Shown in pieces: positions 56,216 to 64,000 of a stretch of 64,000 nt of DNA; positions within the stretch are counted from its first letter, which is position 1, and the number at the start of each line of letters is the position of its first letter. The DNA is taken from the IMG/VR virus record IMGVR_UViG_3300027848_000009, positions 32,001 to 96,000 of that record. One strand, written 5' to 3'. The position numbers were made by a program, and so were the translations under genes. Under the pieces are notes generated by a model, which made no database searches, had not been told where the DNA came from, and saw nothing but the letters and a program-made list of their open reading frames with translations. This DNA is from a virus.

Positions 56216-57364
56216 ATGACTCGACAGAGAATGTTCTTAGACATGAGTTGCGTAGACGCCGCTCGCGAGCGCATCCGTCACGTCTACGACACGTTCGACA
56301 CTGTCTGCGTCCAGTTTTCCGGAGGCAAAGATTCGACGGCTGTCCTGTACCTTGCCAAGGAGCTTCACGAAGAGCGTGGCCTCGGTCCGGTCAAGGTTAT
56401 TTTTAGAGACGAGGAGATGGTCTCGCCCGTCGTCCTTGATTACGTCGAAAAGGTACGCAACTTCGACTGGATTGACATGGAGTGGTACTGCCTCCCATAC
56501 GGAGCAGAGATCTGGGTTCTGGGCCGTCGCGAACCAATCCTTCTCTGGGACGAAAAACGCCGCAAAAACGGGCGCCTCGTGCGGGATTTCCCCGAAGGTG
56601 CAATTACTGGATACCACTTCGGTATTGATCACACCGAGGGCTTGCCTGAGTCGGTTGACTATTACACGATGCAGGGCAAAAAGGGTTCAACCGCATTCAT
56701 TACTGGCGTTCGCGCCGCGGAGTCAATGGTTCGCTATAGATCATGTGTTCAGAAGTTGCATGAAAATTACATCGTGAAGCCGTATCGGATGAAGAGCAGC
56801 ATTCCGATGAAATTTGCAAAGATTATCTACGACTGGAACACGAACGACGTTTTTAAATTCATCTCGGAAGAGCATGACGCCCCCTATTGTGAGTACTACG
56901 ACTTGGCGGCGATTACGGGGTCGAACACCAGAGTTGGCATCCCACTCCACTCCGTGGCAATCAGGAGAATCGGTGATCTCGTAGCGACTGAGCCAGATTT
57001 CTACGATCGGCTATGGGAGTGCTTCCCCCAGATCGACGCTCAGCGCAGATGGTGGAAGGATTATGACATCGAGGCTGTTATTGAGAACTATTCCCAGATG
57101 GGCTGGGATGGGGTCAAGCAGGTTATCGATACGTTAATGCTTGGATCCGCCGAGCGTTCGCGGGCGCAGGCGTATACGGCTGATTTTCGTCGCAAGCACG
57201 CTAAGGACCCATATTCGTATCCAATGAACTGGCTAATACGAAACCTGATACTGAATGAAATTACAGTTGCTGCTGCAGCGCCAGTAGGACCGGGGACGAG
57301 GGCCGATACCCTGCGTAAGAAGGCTCGTCAAAAACTAGCGGAAGAGCAAATTAATGCAAATTGA
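56216..57364 (+). CDS. PAPS-reductase/PP-loop family protein (IbrA/DUF3440-like)
   Basis: VQFSGGKDS, FRDEE, WYCLP, GVRAAES..R, IYDW. Confidence 0.85.
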   Translation: MTRQRMFLDMSCVDAARERIRHVYDTFDTVCVQFSGGKDSTAVLYLAKELHEERGLGPVKVIFRDEEMVSPVVLDYVEKVRNFDWIDMEWYCLPYGAEIWVLGRREPILLWDEKRRKNGRLVRDFPEGAITGYHFGIDHTEGLPESVDYYTMQGKKGSTAFITGVRAAESMVRYRSCVQKLHENYIVKPYRMKSSIPMKFAKIIYDWNTNDVFKFISEEHDAPYCEYYDLAAITGSNTRVGIPLHSVAIRRIGDLVATEPDFYDRLWECFPQIDAQRRWWKDYDIEAVIENYSQMGWDGVKQVIDTLMLGSAERSRAQAYTADFRRKHAKDPYSYPMNWLIRNLILNEITVAAAAPVGPGTRADTLRKKARQKLAEEQINAN

Positions 57365-57905
57365 AATGGTTCCAACCGAAGAGTTGAACATTCCATCTTG
57401 GAACGCAACACATATTCTTAGACCGGATCTTCTGGTTTTAGCGGAGTCGATGGCCACTGACGGAGCGCTTTCGCCCTTGATCGTTCAGCGTTCTGGCTCG
57501 AACATCATTGATGGCTCTCAACGGCTAAAGTTGATTCTTGGCAACAAGCACCTTTTAGAGATGTTTCCTGAGGTTCCGGTTCTCTGGAAAGATGTTTCAG
57601 ACACAAAGGCCATGGTTATGCACGTCCAACTCAATCGCGGTCGCGGTTCAGTTGTGGCGAAACGATTGTCGGCGATTGTTCGGACCTTGTTTCGCAGCCG
57701 GGCCATGAATGTTGTCGACTTTAAAAATAGTTTTTGCATGAAGGGCGATGAATTGGAACTGCTGCTTGATGGAACAATTCTCAAGCAGCGGAAAGTCGCA
57801 AACCATAGATATTCTCGTGCTTGGGTTCCCGTCGAAGCACCTCCGGGGACGATTGAGTCGGAAGGGTCCTTTAGGGCCGAGGTGCCTCCAAATCAGGACC
57901 GGTAA
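57354..57905 (+). CDS. ParB-like protein (IbrB-like)
   Basis: WNA, PLIV, IIDGSQR, QLNRGRG, YSRAW. Confidence 0.75.
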   Translation: MQIEMVPTEELNIPSWNATHILRPDLLVLAESMATDGALSPLIVQRSGSNIIDGSQRLKLILGNKHLLEMFPEVPVLWKDVSDTKAMVMHVQLNRGRGSVVAKRLSAIVRTLFRSRAMNVVDFKNSFCMKGDELELLLDGTILKQRKVANHRYSRAWVPVEAPPGTIESEGSFRAEVPPNQDR

Positions 57906-57973
57906 AAACCCGACGAAGTCTTTATTGGTGCTACAATTGGCATGTAACAACCACTTTTCGAAAGGGGTGCAAC

Positions 57974-58126
57974 ATGAATCAACCGAAGAAAAGAAGTCGA
58001 GCCTTTAGACGTTCTGGTAAAAAGCGTCGTGTAGCCCGCTCAATTCGTCAGCTTCTAACACGCAAGCTGACACGAGATAAACGGATTCGAGATATCGTCA
58101 AAAAACGTCGTTTGAAGATAGTCTAA
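57974..58126 (+). CDS. Very basic 50-aa protein (not in the ORF track)
   Basis: MNQPKKRSRAFRRSGKKRRVARSIRQLLTRKLTRDKRIRDIVKKRRLKIV; AAAGGGG RBS, TACAAT upstream. Confidence 0.55.
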   Translation: MNQPKKRSRAFRRSGKKRRVARSIRQLLTRKLTRDKRIRDIVKKRRLKIV

Positions 58127-58129
58127 TTT

Positions 58130-58756
58130 GTGCTCGTTTCAATTTACGATTTGACGACTTATATGGACATCACGTTTTCGCTGCGTCAACAAGATGCGGC
58201 GGAAATGGTGTTGGATGGTCTTCAGAGTGAAATGGAGACCTATCTTCGTCGCCCAATCGAGGCATCCAGTTCTGTAGAGGAGCACACGCTCGACAACAAC
58301 CATGTTGGCGTTCCGATGTCGTCGTTTTTCTACAATACGTCTCTTGGTGCGACGATGTCGCCGATCAGTTATACCCAGCCGCCCACCACCCTCTACCTTG
58401 CGAACACTCCGATTGTTGGCGTTTCTCAAGTTCGGATCAAGCAGAATCTCCAAACTGAGTGGGTTGTAATGGAGAACGAACGTGACTATGTCGTCCGGCG
58501 TTATGGTCTAGATTTATACAGAGGCTGGGCAGATGATCGCGTCGAGATCACCTACAGCGCCGGTCTAGATGGTGAAAATATCAAGGTTTTCAAGTTGATG
58601 ATCTTGCGTGCCGCTACTCGGGAAATGCAAAACATGCATGACGATGTCGTGGGCGTCAAAGATCTCGAACCAAGAAATGTTGCAGTCGCAGAAACTGGCT
58701 TCCTTGACAGAGAACTTATGATCTTGAAGAAGTATCGACGTGTGCGAGTTGGCTGA
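58130..58756 (+). CDS. Head-tail adaptor/connector protein
   Basis: LVSIYDL..Y, ETYLRR, PIVGV, VEITYSAG; position. Confidence 0.7.
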   Translation: MLVSIYDLTTYMDITFSLRQQDAAEMVLDGLQSEMETYLRRPIEASSSVEEHTLDNNHVGVPMSSFFYNTSLGATMSPISYTQPPTTLYLANTPIVGVSQVRIKQNLQTEWVVMENERDYVVRRYGLDLYRGWADDRVEITYSAGLDGENIKVFKLMILRAATREMQNMHDDVVGVKDLEPRNVAVAETGFLDRELMILKKYRRVRVG

Positions 58757-59214
58757 TGGGTAAAATCCACATCGATCTCGATTGGGATCCGACGGACATG
58801 CGAGATCAGGTCACCGACATGGATGACAGATCTGACGAATTCAAACCTATTTTCCGAAAAATGCAGCGATACTTTGAAAACGAATGGTCTGAGAATATAA
58901 TGGCGAACGGCCTAAAAGTCGGTGGGTGGAAACCTCTCGATGCAGAATATGCTGCATGGAAATCTAAGCATGTTCCCGGCGCTCCACCCATGATCAGATC
59001 TGGATCCCTTTTCTCAAGCCTTCGAGACCTTCGCGGAGCCCCAAACGAAATAAACAAAACCTCAGCCACGTTCGGGACAAACATAAAATACGCCAAGTTC
59101 CATCAATACGGTACAACCAAAATGTCGAAGCGTGAAATTGTTTACGAACCAGTCGAGTTCCGCAGAGACTGGGGAGACAAGATCGCTAGATACATCGCGG
59201 ACGGGCAAGTCTAA
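58756..59214 (+). CDS. Virion morphogenesis (tail completion) protein
   Basis: WKPL, IRSGSL, GTNIKYAKFHQYGT. Confidence 0.75.
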   Translation: MGKIHIDLDWDPTDMRDQVTDMDDRSDEFKPIFRKMQRYFENEWSENIMANGLKVGGWKPLDAEYAAWKSKHVPGAPPMIRSGSLFSSLRDLRGAPNEINKTSATFGTNIKYAKFHQYGTTKMSKREIVYEPVEFRRDWGDKIARYIADGQV

Positions 59215-59813
59215 TGTTTCTCATGCATGGCGCACATTTCGCCAAATCCTATGTTTCAACATATCTTAATAACGATATTCCGACACGGATCGTCTCCTAT
59301 CGGAACGGATGGAACTTGGATAGCGAACAACTTCCTTCTCCGGAAAAATACCTCACGTACGAGCCGATAGCACTGGATGCGTGGCCAACGATTATCACGG
59401 TCGCAATCTCAATGTCTGGGATGGAGAGGGACGGCTGGTATAAAGGCAACCCTGAGTATCGGGTCAAATACAGTATGCGTACATACGTATGGGTGCGTGA
59501 CGAGGGCTCCGATGCAGCAACAATGATGCGCGACAGGTTGACGACAGTTGTTCGTTCTGCTCTTCTTGATCGCCCGTGCTTGAAGGCCACCGATCCTAGA
59601 GAAACTTTCATGGCGTTGATTGACGAGGGAACCTTGCGGGAGGAGTACTCGGACCTCACGCTCCTGAAGGGTGACAGGGTTCTCGCTGGGGCGTATCTTT
59701 CTTACGATCTTGAAATCAATGAGATCGTTGCTCGCGAGGACGTTGGGACCGTCTCCGAATTCCAGTTGATGGAAGTTGTTGCTGGCCCGACTGGGGGGGC
59801 GTTTGATTTATGA
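59214..59813 (+). CDS. Probable tail terminator/neck protein
   Basis: Size and position between neck and sheath genes. Confidence 0.55.
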   Translation: MFLMHGAHFAKSYVSTYLNNDIPTRIVSYRNGWNLDSEQLPSPEKYLTYEPIALDAWPTIITVAISMSGMERDGWYKGNPEYRVKYSMRTYVWVRDEGSDAATMMRDRLTTVVRSALLDRPCLKATDPRETFMALIDEGTLREEYSDLTLLKGDRVLAGAYLSYDLEINEIVAREDVGTVSEFQLMEVVAGPTGGAFDL

Positions 59814-60067
59814 GTGACTGTTCGTGCATCAAGTTGATGAATGGGCTTTCTGACGTGTTTGGCTTCGATCACGCACGACAGAATTGTTTCGTCATCGCAA
59901 ATTCAAGTCAAAACCCTGTTGAACTCTGCGGCGGTGGCCATAGCGCCGCACCCGGTGACATTTGGCTGATTTTTAAAGACGACTACGTATCTGGGGTTTC
60001 GAGTTCGAACTCGAAGGTGAAGGTTTTAGCAAAATTTGGCGCAAAATCCCAATTGCTCAAGTCCTAG
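59810..60067 (+). CDS. Hypothetical protein
   Basis: ATGA overlap. Confidence 0.45.
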   Translation: MSDCSCIKLMNGLSDVFGFDHARQNCFVIANSSQNPVELCGGGHSAAPGDIWLIFKDDYVSGVSSSNSKVKVLAKFGAKSQLLKS

Positions 60068-60084
60068 TACGGTACAATAAATAG

Positions 60085-60432
60085 ATGGCGAAAAATATTT
60101 TCAAACAGGTCTCTAAAGCTGAGTGCCTTGCAGCAGCAGCAGAGGGAAATATTGGTATCTGCAATTTGACGTCACAAAAAGTCGAAATCGACGATGAAGG
60201 CCATTTCGTCGAGGCGCGAGGTCACGCAATCGTTGGCAAAACGAACCCGATGATTGAAGTTCTTTCCGCTAGGGGAACCATCGCAGTCAACGAAAAGAAG
60301 GCCGAGGATTCGAAAAAAGTCTTCAAGTCTTCCAAGCGGACTGATACAAAGGAATTGGAAGTAGAAAGTGCGGTTGAAGACGATCCCGCAATTTCCGAGG
60401 AAGAAGTATCGTCAAAGATCGATAACGTCTGA
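60085..60432 (+). CDS. Hypothetical protein
   Basis: TACAAT shortly before ATG. Confidence 0.55.
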   Translation: MAKNIFKQVSKAECLAAAAEGNIGICNLTSQKVEIDDEGHFVEARGHAIVGKTNPMIEVLSARGTIAVNEKKAEDSKKVFKSSKRTDTKELEVESAVEDDPAISEEEVSSKIDNV

Positions 60433-60517
60433 TAATCTATAAGTGACAGTTCAGTTTCAGAGCATAAAGTTCTGAAACTTAAATCAGTCGCCAGCAAACG
60501 GAAGAAAAGGAAGCCCT

Positions 60518-61993
60518 ATGCCGGGAGTCGTAATCAGCACAGCAGTCCGCACGGGTCCCGCCGGGAACACCGTTCGGGAAACATCGCAGGCCTTCTTCGT
60601 CGGCTTGTCCGATCGTGGATCCTCGACGCGGGCGGTGAAAGTAACCAGCACCGAGGAATTTCAGAACGTCTATGGCGGATATGTCAGTTATGCATATCTC
60701 CATGACACTGTTCAGACTTTCTTCGAAGAGGGCGGAACACAGTGCTACATCGGTCGCGCTGTCGGCCCTGGTGCCACTACCGGCTTCCTGACGCTCGAAG
60801 ACGACGCGCAGACAGATTCCCTCACCATCACCGCAAATGGTGCTGGTGCATGGAGCGCCAATGTCAGGGTGGCCGTCATCGCTGGCCTCGCCGCTGGATC
60901 CCGTCAGCTTCAGTTGACCTACGCCAACGTCATCATCTTCAACACTGGCGATATTCTCACCGTTGCGGAAATGGCCGGAAAGATCAACCGAGACACGACC
61001 GCGTCCCACTACATCACAGCAGAAGTCGTCGGTGCAAACCTTCCCGCAATTCTCACGGCCACGGCGATTTCGACCGGCGATGATGATCGCGCGAATGTGA
61101 CACACGCCGAGTACAACAGCGCGCTCACGCTTTTCCTTGACTCATACGGCGCTGGCGTTGTAGCCAACCCTGAGAGCACGGTCGATCAGGTCAAGGCCGG
61201 ATTGATTACGCACGCGAATTCATACAACCGAATCTGCTACATCCACCTCCCGGCCGGAACGCCGGTCGCGGACGACGGGGCAGACAATGTCGCAGATGTG
61301 GCGCGTTCGCTGACGGCTTCGACGGAAAACGCCGAGCATGCTCAGCTGATTTTCCCTTGGGTATACAAGCCGACAGACATCGCTGGCGTCAACCGTATGA
61401 TCCCGCCGGTCGGCTATGCCGCCGGTTGTCGGTCACGGGCACACAACCAGATTGGTGCCCAGCAGGCCGGTGCAGGAATCATTTCAAGCGCCCGCTACAT
61501 CAACGGACTTGAGTATGACCTCGACAAGGCGAATGGCGATCGACTCGATAGCGCAAACGTTGTCGCTATCCGCCGAATCAACAATGCGATTCGCATCTAC
61601 GGGGCTCGCACACTGTCTTCCGACACGTCGAACTTCCGGTACATCACCGGACAAGACTTGGTCAACCATGTGGTCGTTGAGGCCAACCGTTCGCTTGAGG
61701 ATCTCCTGTTCAGTGTGATCGACGGGCGGAACAACATTTTTGCCAGCGTCGAAGCCAAGATGATCGCAATTCTTGAGCCTCTTCGTCTCGCTGGAGCACT
61801 GTATGAGGCGTTCGACCTCTACGGGAAGCGGATCGACTACGGATACACCGTCAAGTGTGACAAATCCCTGAACCCAGTCACCCAGTTGGCTGATGGTCTC
61901 GTTAAAGCTAAGGTCGGAATCCGCGTGTCAAGCGTCGGAGACAAGATCGAGGTCGACATCGTCAAGAGCAACTTGACGGCGTCGGTCGTCTAA
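60518..61993 (+). CDS. Contractile tail sheath protein
   Basis: MPGV, AFFVG..RG, FFEEGG, FPWV, PPVGYAAG, IYGARTL. Confidence 0.92.
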   Translation: MPGVVISTAVRTGPAGNTVRETSQAFFVGLSDRGSSTRAVKVTSTEEFQNVYGGYVSYAYLHDTVQTFFEEGGTQCYIGRAVGPGATTGFLTLEDDAQTDSLTITANGAGAWSANVRVAVIAGLAAGSRQLQLTYANVIIFNTGDILTVAEMAGKINRDTTASHYITAEVVGANLPAILTATAISTGDDDRANVTHAEYNSALTLFLDSYGAGVVANPESTVDQVKAGLITHANSYNRICYIHLPAGTPVADDGADNVADVARSLTASTENAEHAQLIFPWVYKPTDIAGVNRMIPPVGYAAGCRSRAHNQIGAQQAGAGIISSARYINGLEYDLDKANGDRLDSANVVAIRRINNAIRIYGARTLSSDTSNFRYITGQDLVNHVVVEANRSLEDLLFSVIDGRNNIFASVEAKMIAILEPLRLAGALYEAFDLYGKRIDYGYTVKCDKSLNPVTQLADGLVKAKVGIRVSSVGDKIEVDIVKSNLTASVV

Positions 61994-62008
61994 TCGGAGG
62001 AATAACAA

Positions 62009-62473
62009 ATGTCTAAGACTTCACAGCGACAGATTCTCGCCGACATCGCGCCGGTGGACAGCAATCATCCCAAGTGGGAGGGCTTCCGCTTCGCTCAAGT
62101 TTCGGGTGGAGAGATCACCGCTTCAGTTGAGAAGATCTATGAGGGGGGTGCGAAGTTCCCATCCGTGCTTTGCGCGCCTTTCGAGATTGGTGACATCACG
62201 CTGACGGCTCACTTCGACGACGATTACACTGAGAGCGACGGAGCCAGCGGAATTGCCAGAAAGTTGGCTTCGCTCCGCCCTCTCGTTGGTCAGGCGTACT
62301 ACAACGTCAACATCAAGACGTACGACTGCGACATCGAGGTGCTTGGCACCGACCGGGTGTACACCAGCGCCCTGCTTGTTGGGCTCACCGAGCCAGAAGG
62401 TGACTCGTCCTCTGGGGCGCCAGCGACATTCGCGCTGACGTTTGCAATCCAGAGCGTCAACTCCACCACCTGA
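62009..62473 (+). CDS. Tail tube protein
   Basis: Follows the sheath gene; SGGEIT, DITLT, ALTFAI; GGAGG RBS. Confidence 0.8.
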   Translation: MSKTSQRQILADIAPVDSNHPKWEGFRFAQVSGGEITASVEKIYEGGAKFPSVLCAPFEIGDITLTAHFDDDYTESDGASGIARKLASLRPLVGQAYYNVNIKTYDCDIEVLGTDRVYTSALLVGLTEPEGDSSSGAPATFALTFAIQSVNSTT

Positions 62474-62505
62474 TTTATCCGCGTCTGGCTTCGGCCTAGC
62501 ACTTT

Positions 62506-62547
62506 AGAGACCCTTTTCCTTCGCTGGAGAGGGGTCTCTTTATTTTA
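62506..62547 (+). terminator. Intrinsic terminator
   Basis: AGAGACCC..GGGTCTCT stem followed by TTATTTT. Confidence 0.7.
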
Positions 62548-62592
62548 TGAGGAGTTCCGTTCGGGGTAACTCCGATGTGCTAATTTTTCAGC

Positions 62593-63111
62593 ATGACCGA
62601 AAGCCTTTACATCGAAGAAAATGAGCCCTCCGCTGAGCCCGCAAAGGCCTCAAAAGCGAAGGCTTCCATCGTTTCCCCTCTCTCCCGTTTGAAGGAAACC
62701 ATTTCAAAGAAGGTGGAGCGATCAGTGATCCACCTTGAGGTGCCGGACCGCAAGGGGGTTTACCTCATTATCAGCCCCAACGTAGCGCAGAATCAGATGA
62801 AGAGCTGGCGGCGCAACGCTGGCGAAGATTCCAAAAAGGGCATGGATCCAACGAAGTTTGCCGCTTACGTCGTTGGCCATACGACCACCGGAATCATTAT
62901 GGATGGCGAGGAAGTGTTTGATGCGGACGGCAATTCTCTGAACTTTGCATCCAAAGACGTTTTGGAGTCGACGGACACAACGAGGCCTGTACCTGACGCC
63001 GTTTTGGCATTTTTCAATCTTGACCCACACGTCGAGCAGGGTGCTCTAGCGATTCTGGAGGCAGCTGGCTACGGTGACACCGTTGAAGCGGTGGACCCTA
63101 CGAAGGACTGA
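62593..63111 (+). CDS. Tail assembly chaperone
   Basis: Between tube and tape measure genes; ends VDPTKD. Confidence 0.7.
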   Translation: MTESLYIEENEPSAEPAKASKAKASIVSPLSRLKETISKKVERSVIHLEVPDRKGVYLIISPNVAQNQMKSWRRNAGEDSKKGMDPTKFAAYVVGHTTTGIIMDGEEVFDADGNSLNFASKDVLESTDTTRPVPDAVLAFFNLDPHVEQGALAILEAAGYGDTVEAVDPTKD

Positions 63112-63296
63112 TTGACGATTTAGCCGATGATGGCTACGTAATCAGTGCTGCGCGACTAGCGGAATTGTGGGGAACTAGCCCTATCGACTTGTTATCTGTA
63201 GATGATGACGAATGGTTGGTACTTATGGCATGTGCTAAAGTGGTAGAGCGCGATCGTGAAGAATCGGAGCGTAAGCGCAAGCATAATAATCGCTAA
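63096..63296 (+). CDS. Minus-1 frame extension of the tail assembly chaperone
   Basis: Open -1 frame PYEGLIDDLADDGYVISAARLAELWGTSPIDLL..NNR* overlapping GAC CCT ACG. Confidence 0.6.
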   Translation, partial: PYEGLIDDLADDGYVISAARLAELWGTSPIDLLSVDDDEWLVLMACAKVVERDREESERKRKHNNR

Positions 63297-63313
63297 CCTG
63301 AGGGTTGAGACCT

Positions 63314-64000
63314 ATGGCTGATGCAAGTCTAGTAATCAAGATTAGTGCGACTGGTGAACGCAACCTCAAGTCGATCCGTAGAGACCTTGACAGGATTAGC
63401 GCCTCCGCTGTAACTACTTCTGCAGCCCTGCAGGCTTTCGCCCGGAGTTACAACGACGCTTGGGACAAACACCTCAAGAACGTCGAAAAGAACTTCACAC
63501 GGCACTTCGACGACCTCGATCGGATGGTCTCAATGGCCGGTGGCACGCTGCTGAAAGGGCTCGGCTTGGCGCTCAAGGCAACCGCTGCCGAGTTTGTCCT
63601 AATGGGCGCATCAATGCTTGGTGTTCACGCACTGTTTGCTACCGGCAACTGGTTGATGAAGGGTTACCGGGGGGCAATGGCCCTGTTGGCTGGAGCGGCA
63701 GCGTCGACTGCCGTGGCTCTTGCTTCTGTGGCGGCCGCAATCCGCGAACAGAGCGCCGCAATGTACGCTTACAAGGCGACCGGATACAAGCAGTTTGGAG
63801 ACAACCTGAATCGCGTCCGTGTAGTTATGCGCGGTCTAGAAACAGATACCCGTTTCGCTTCCGTTGGGGTGGAGAACTTAAACGCAGCGTACGCAGCAGT
63901 CTCCCAGAGGTCGACGTTCACGGCAGGTTCTCAGGGCCTACTGAGTGGTCTTATGGACTTTGCTTCAGCAGGTCAGCCATTAGAGCAAGGGGTCAAGGCC
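63314..64000 (+). CDS. Tape measure protein, N-terminal part (runs off the window)
   Basis: MADASLVIKISATG.., Ala/Gly-rich helical; open to the window end; position. Confidence 0.8.
   Translation, partial: MADASLVIKISATGERNLKSIRRDLDRISASAVTTSAALQAFARSYNDAWDKHLKNVEKNFTRHFDDLDRMVSMAGGTLLKGLGLALKATAAEFVLMGASMLGVHALFATGNWLMKGYRGAMALLAGAAASTAVALASVAAAIREQSAAMYAYKATGYKQFGDNLNRVRVVMRGLETDTRFASVGVENLNAAYAAVSQRSTFTAGSQGLLSGLMDFASAGQPLEQGVKA

Noticed and set aside
1-64000. tRNA/rRNA genes, integrase, reverse transcriptase/DGR
   Set aside because: None recognised by eye; tRNAscan-SE, Infernal and HMM searches would be needed to exclude them formally

Overview
All phage DNA, most likely from an actinobacterial host (high GC, many apparently leaderless genes). 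It has two compositionally different parts. (A) 1 to ~10.6 kb is a higher-GC early/replication region: DUF932-like protein, HTH replication initiator with iterons, HNH, a repeated promoter/operator element, and a ParB + TET/JBP dioxygenase + glycosyltransferase DNA-hypermodification cassette. (B) ~10.6-64 kb belongs to a lower-GC, large contractile-tailed phage. It carries a macrodomain, a thioesterase, several 2OG-Fe(II) oxygenases, class II RNR (nrdJ), an HK97-type head module, an intein-split terminase, Rad52/RecB-like/RuvC recombination genes, ParB plus an IbrA/IbrB-like pair, and neck, sheath, tube, chaperone and tape-measure genes. Most striking signals: (1) ~24 kb of very large genes between portal and major capsid gene, including a 1.6k-aa prohead-protease fusion. 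They carry toxin/effector-like domains (zeta kinase, ADP-ribosyltransferase-like, zincins, kinase-like) and share short motifs (G[LM]RS 12 times, K-[AS]-L-G, DGDxDG..R), suggesting protease-processed capsid cargo polyproteins. (2) A G/T-versus-C/A skew hotspot at 12.85-14.1 kb with a hairpin at the flip point, beside which a recognisable gene appears eroded by directional mutation. No tRNA, rRNA or CRISPR array was seen. All family assignments come from reading motifs by eye, not from database searches.
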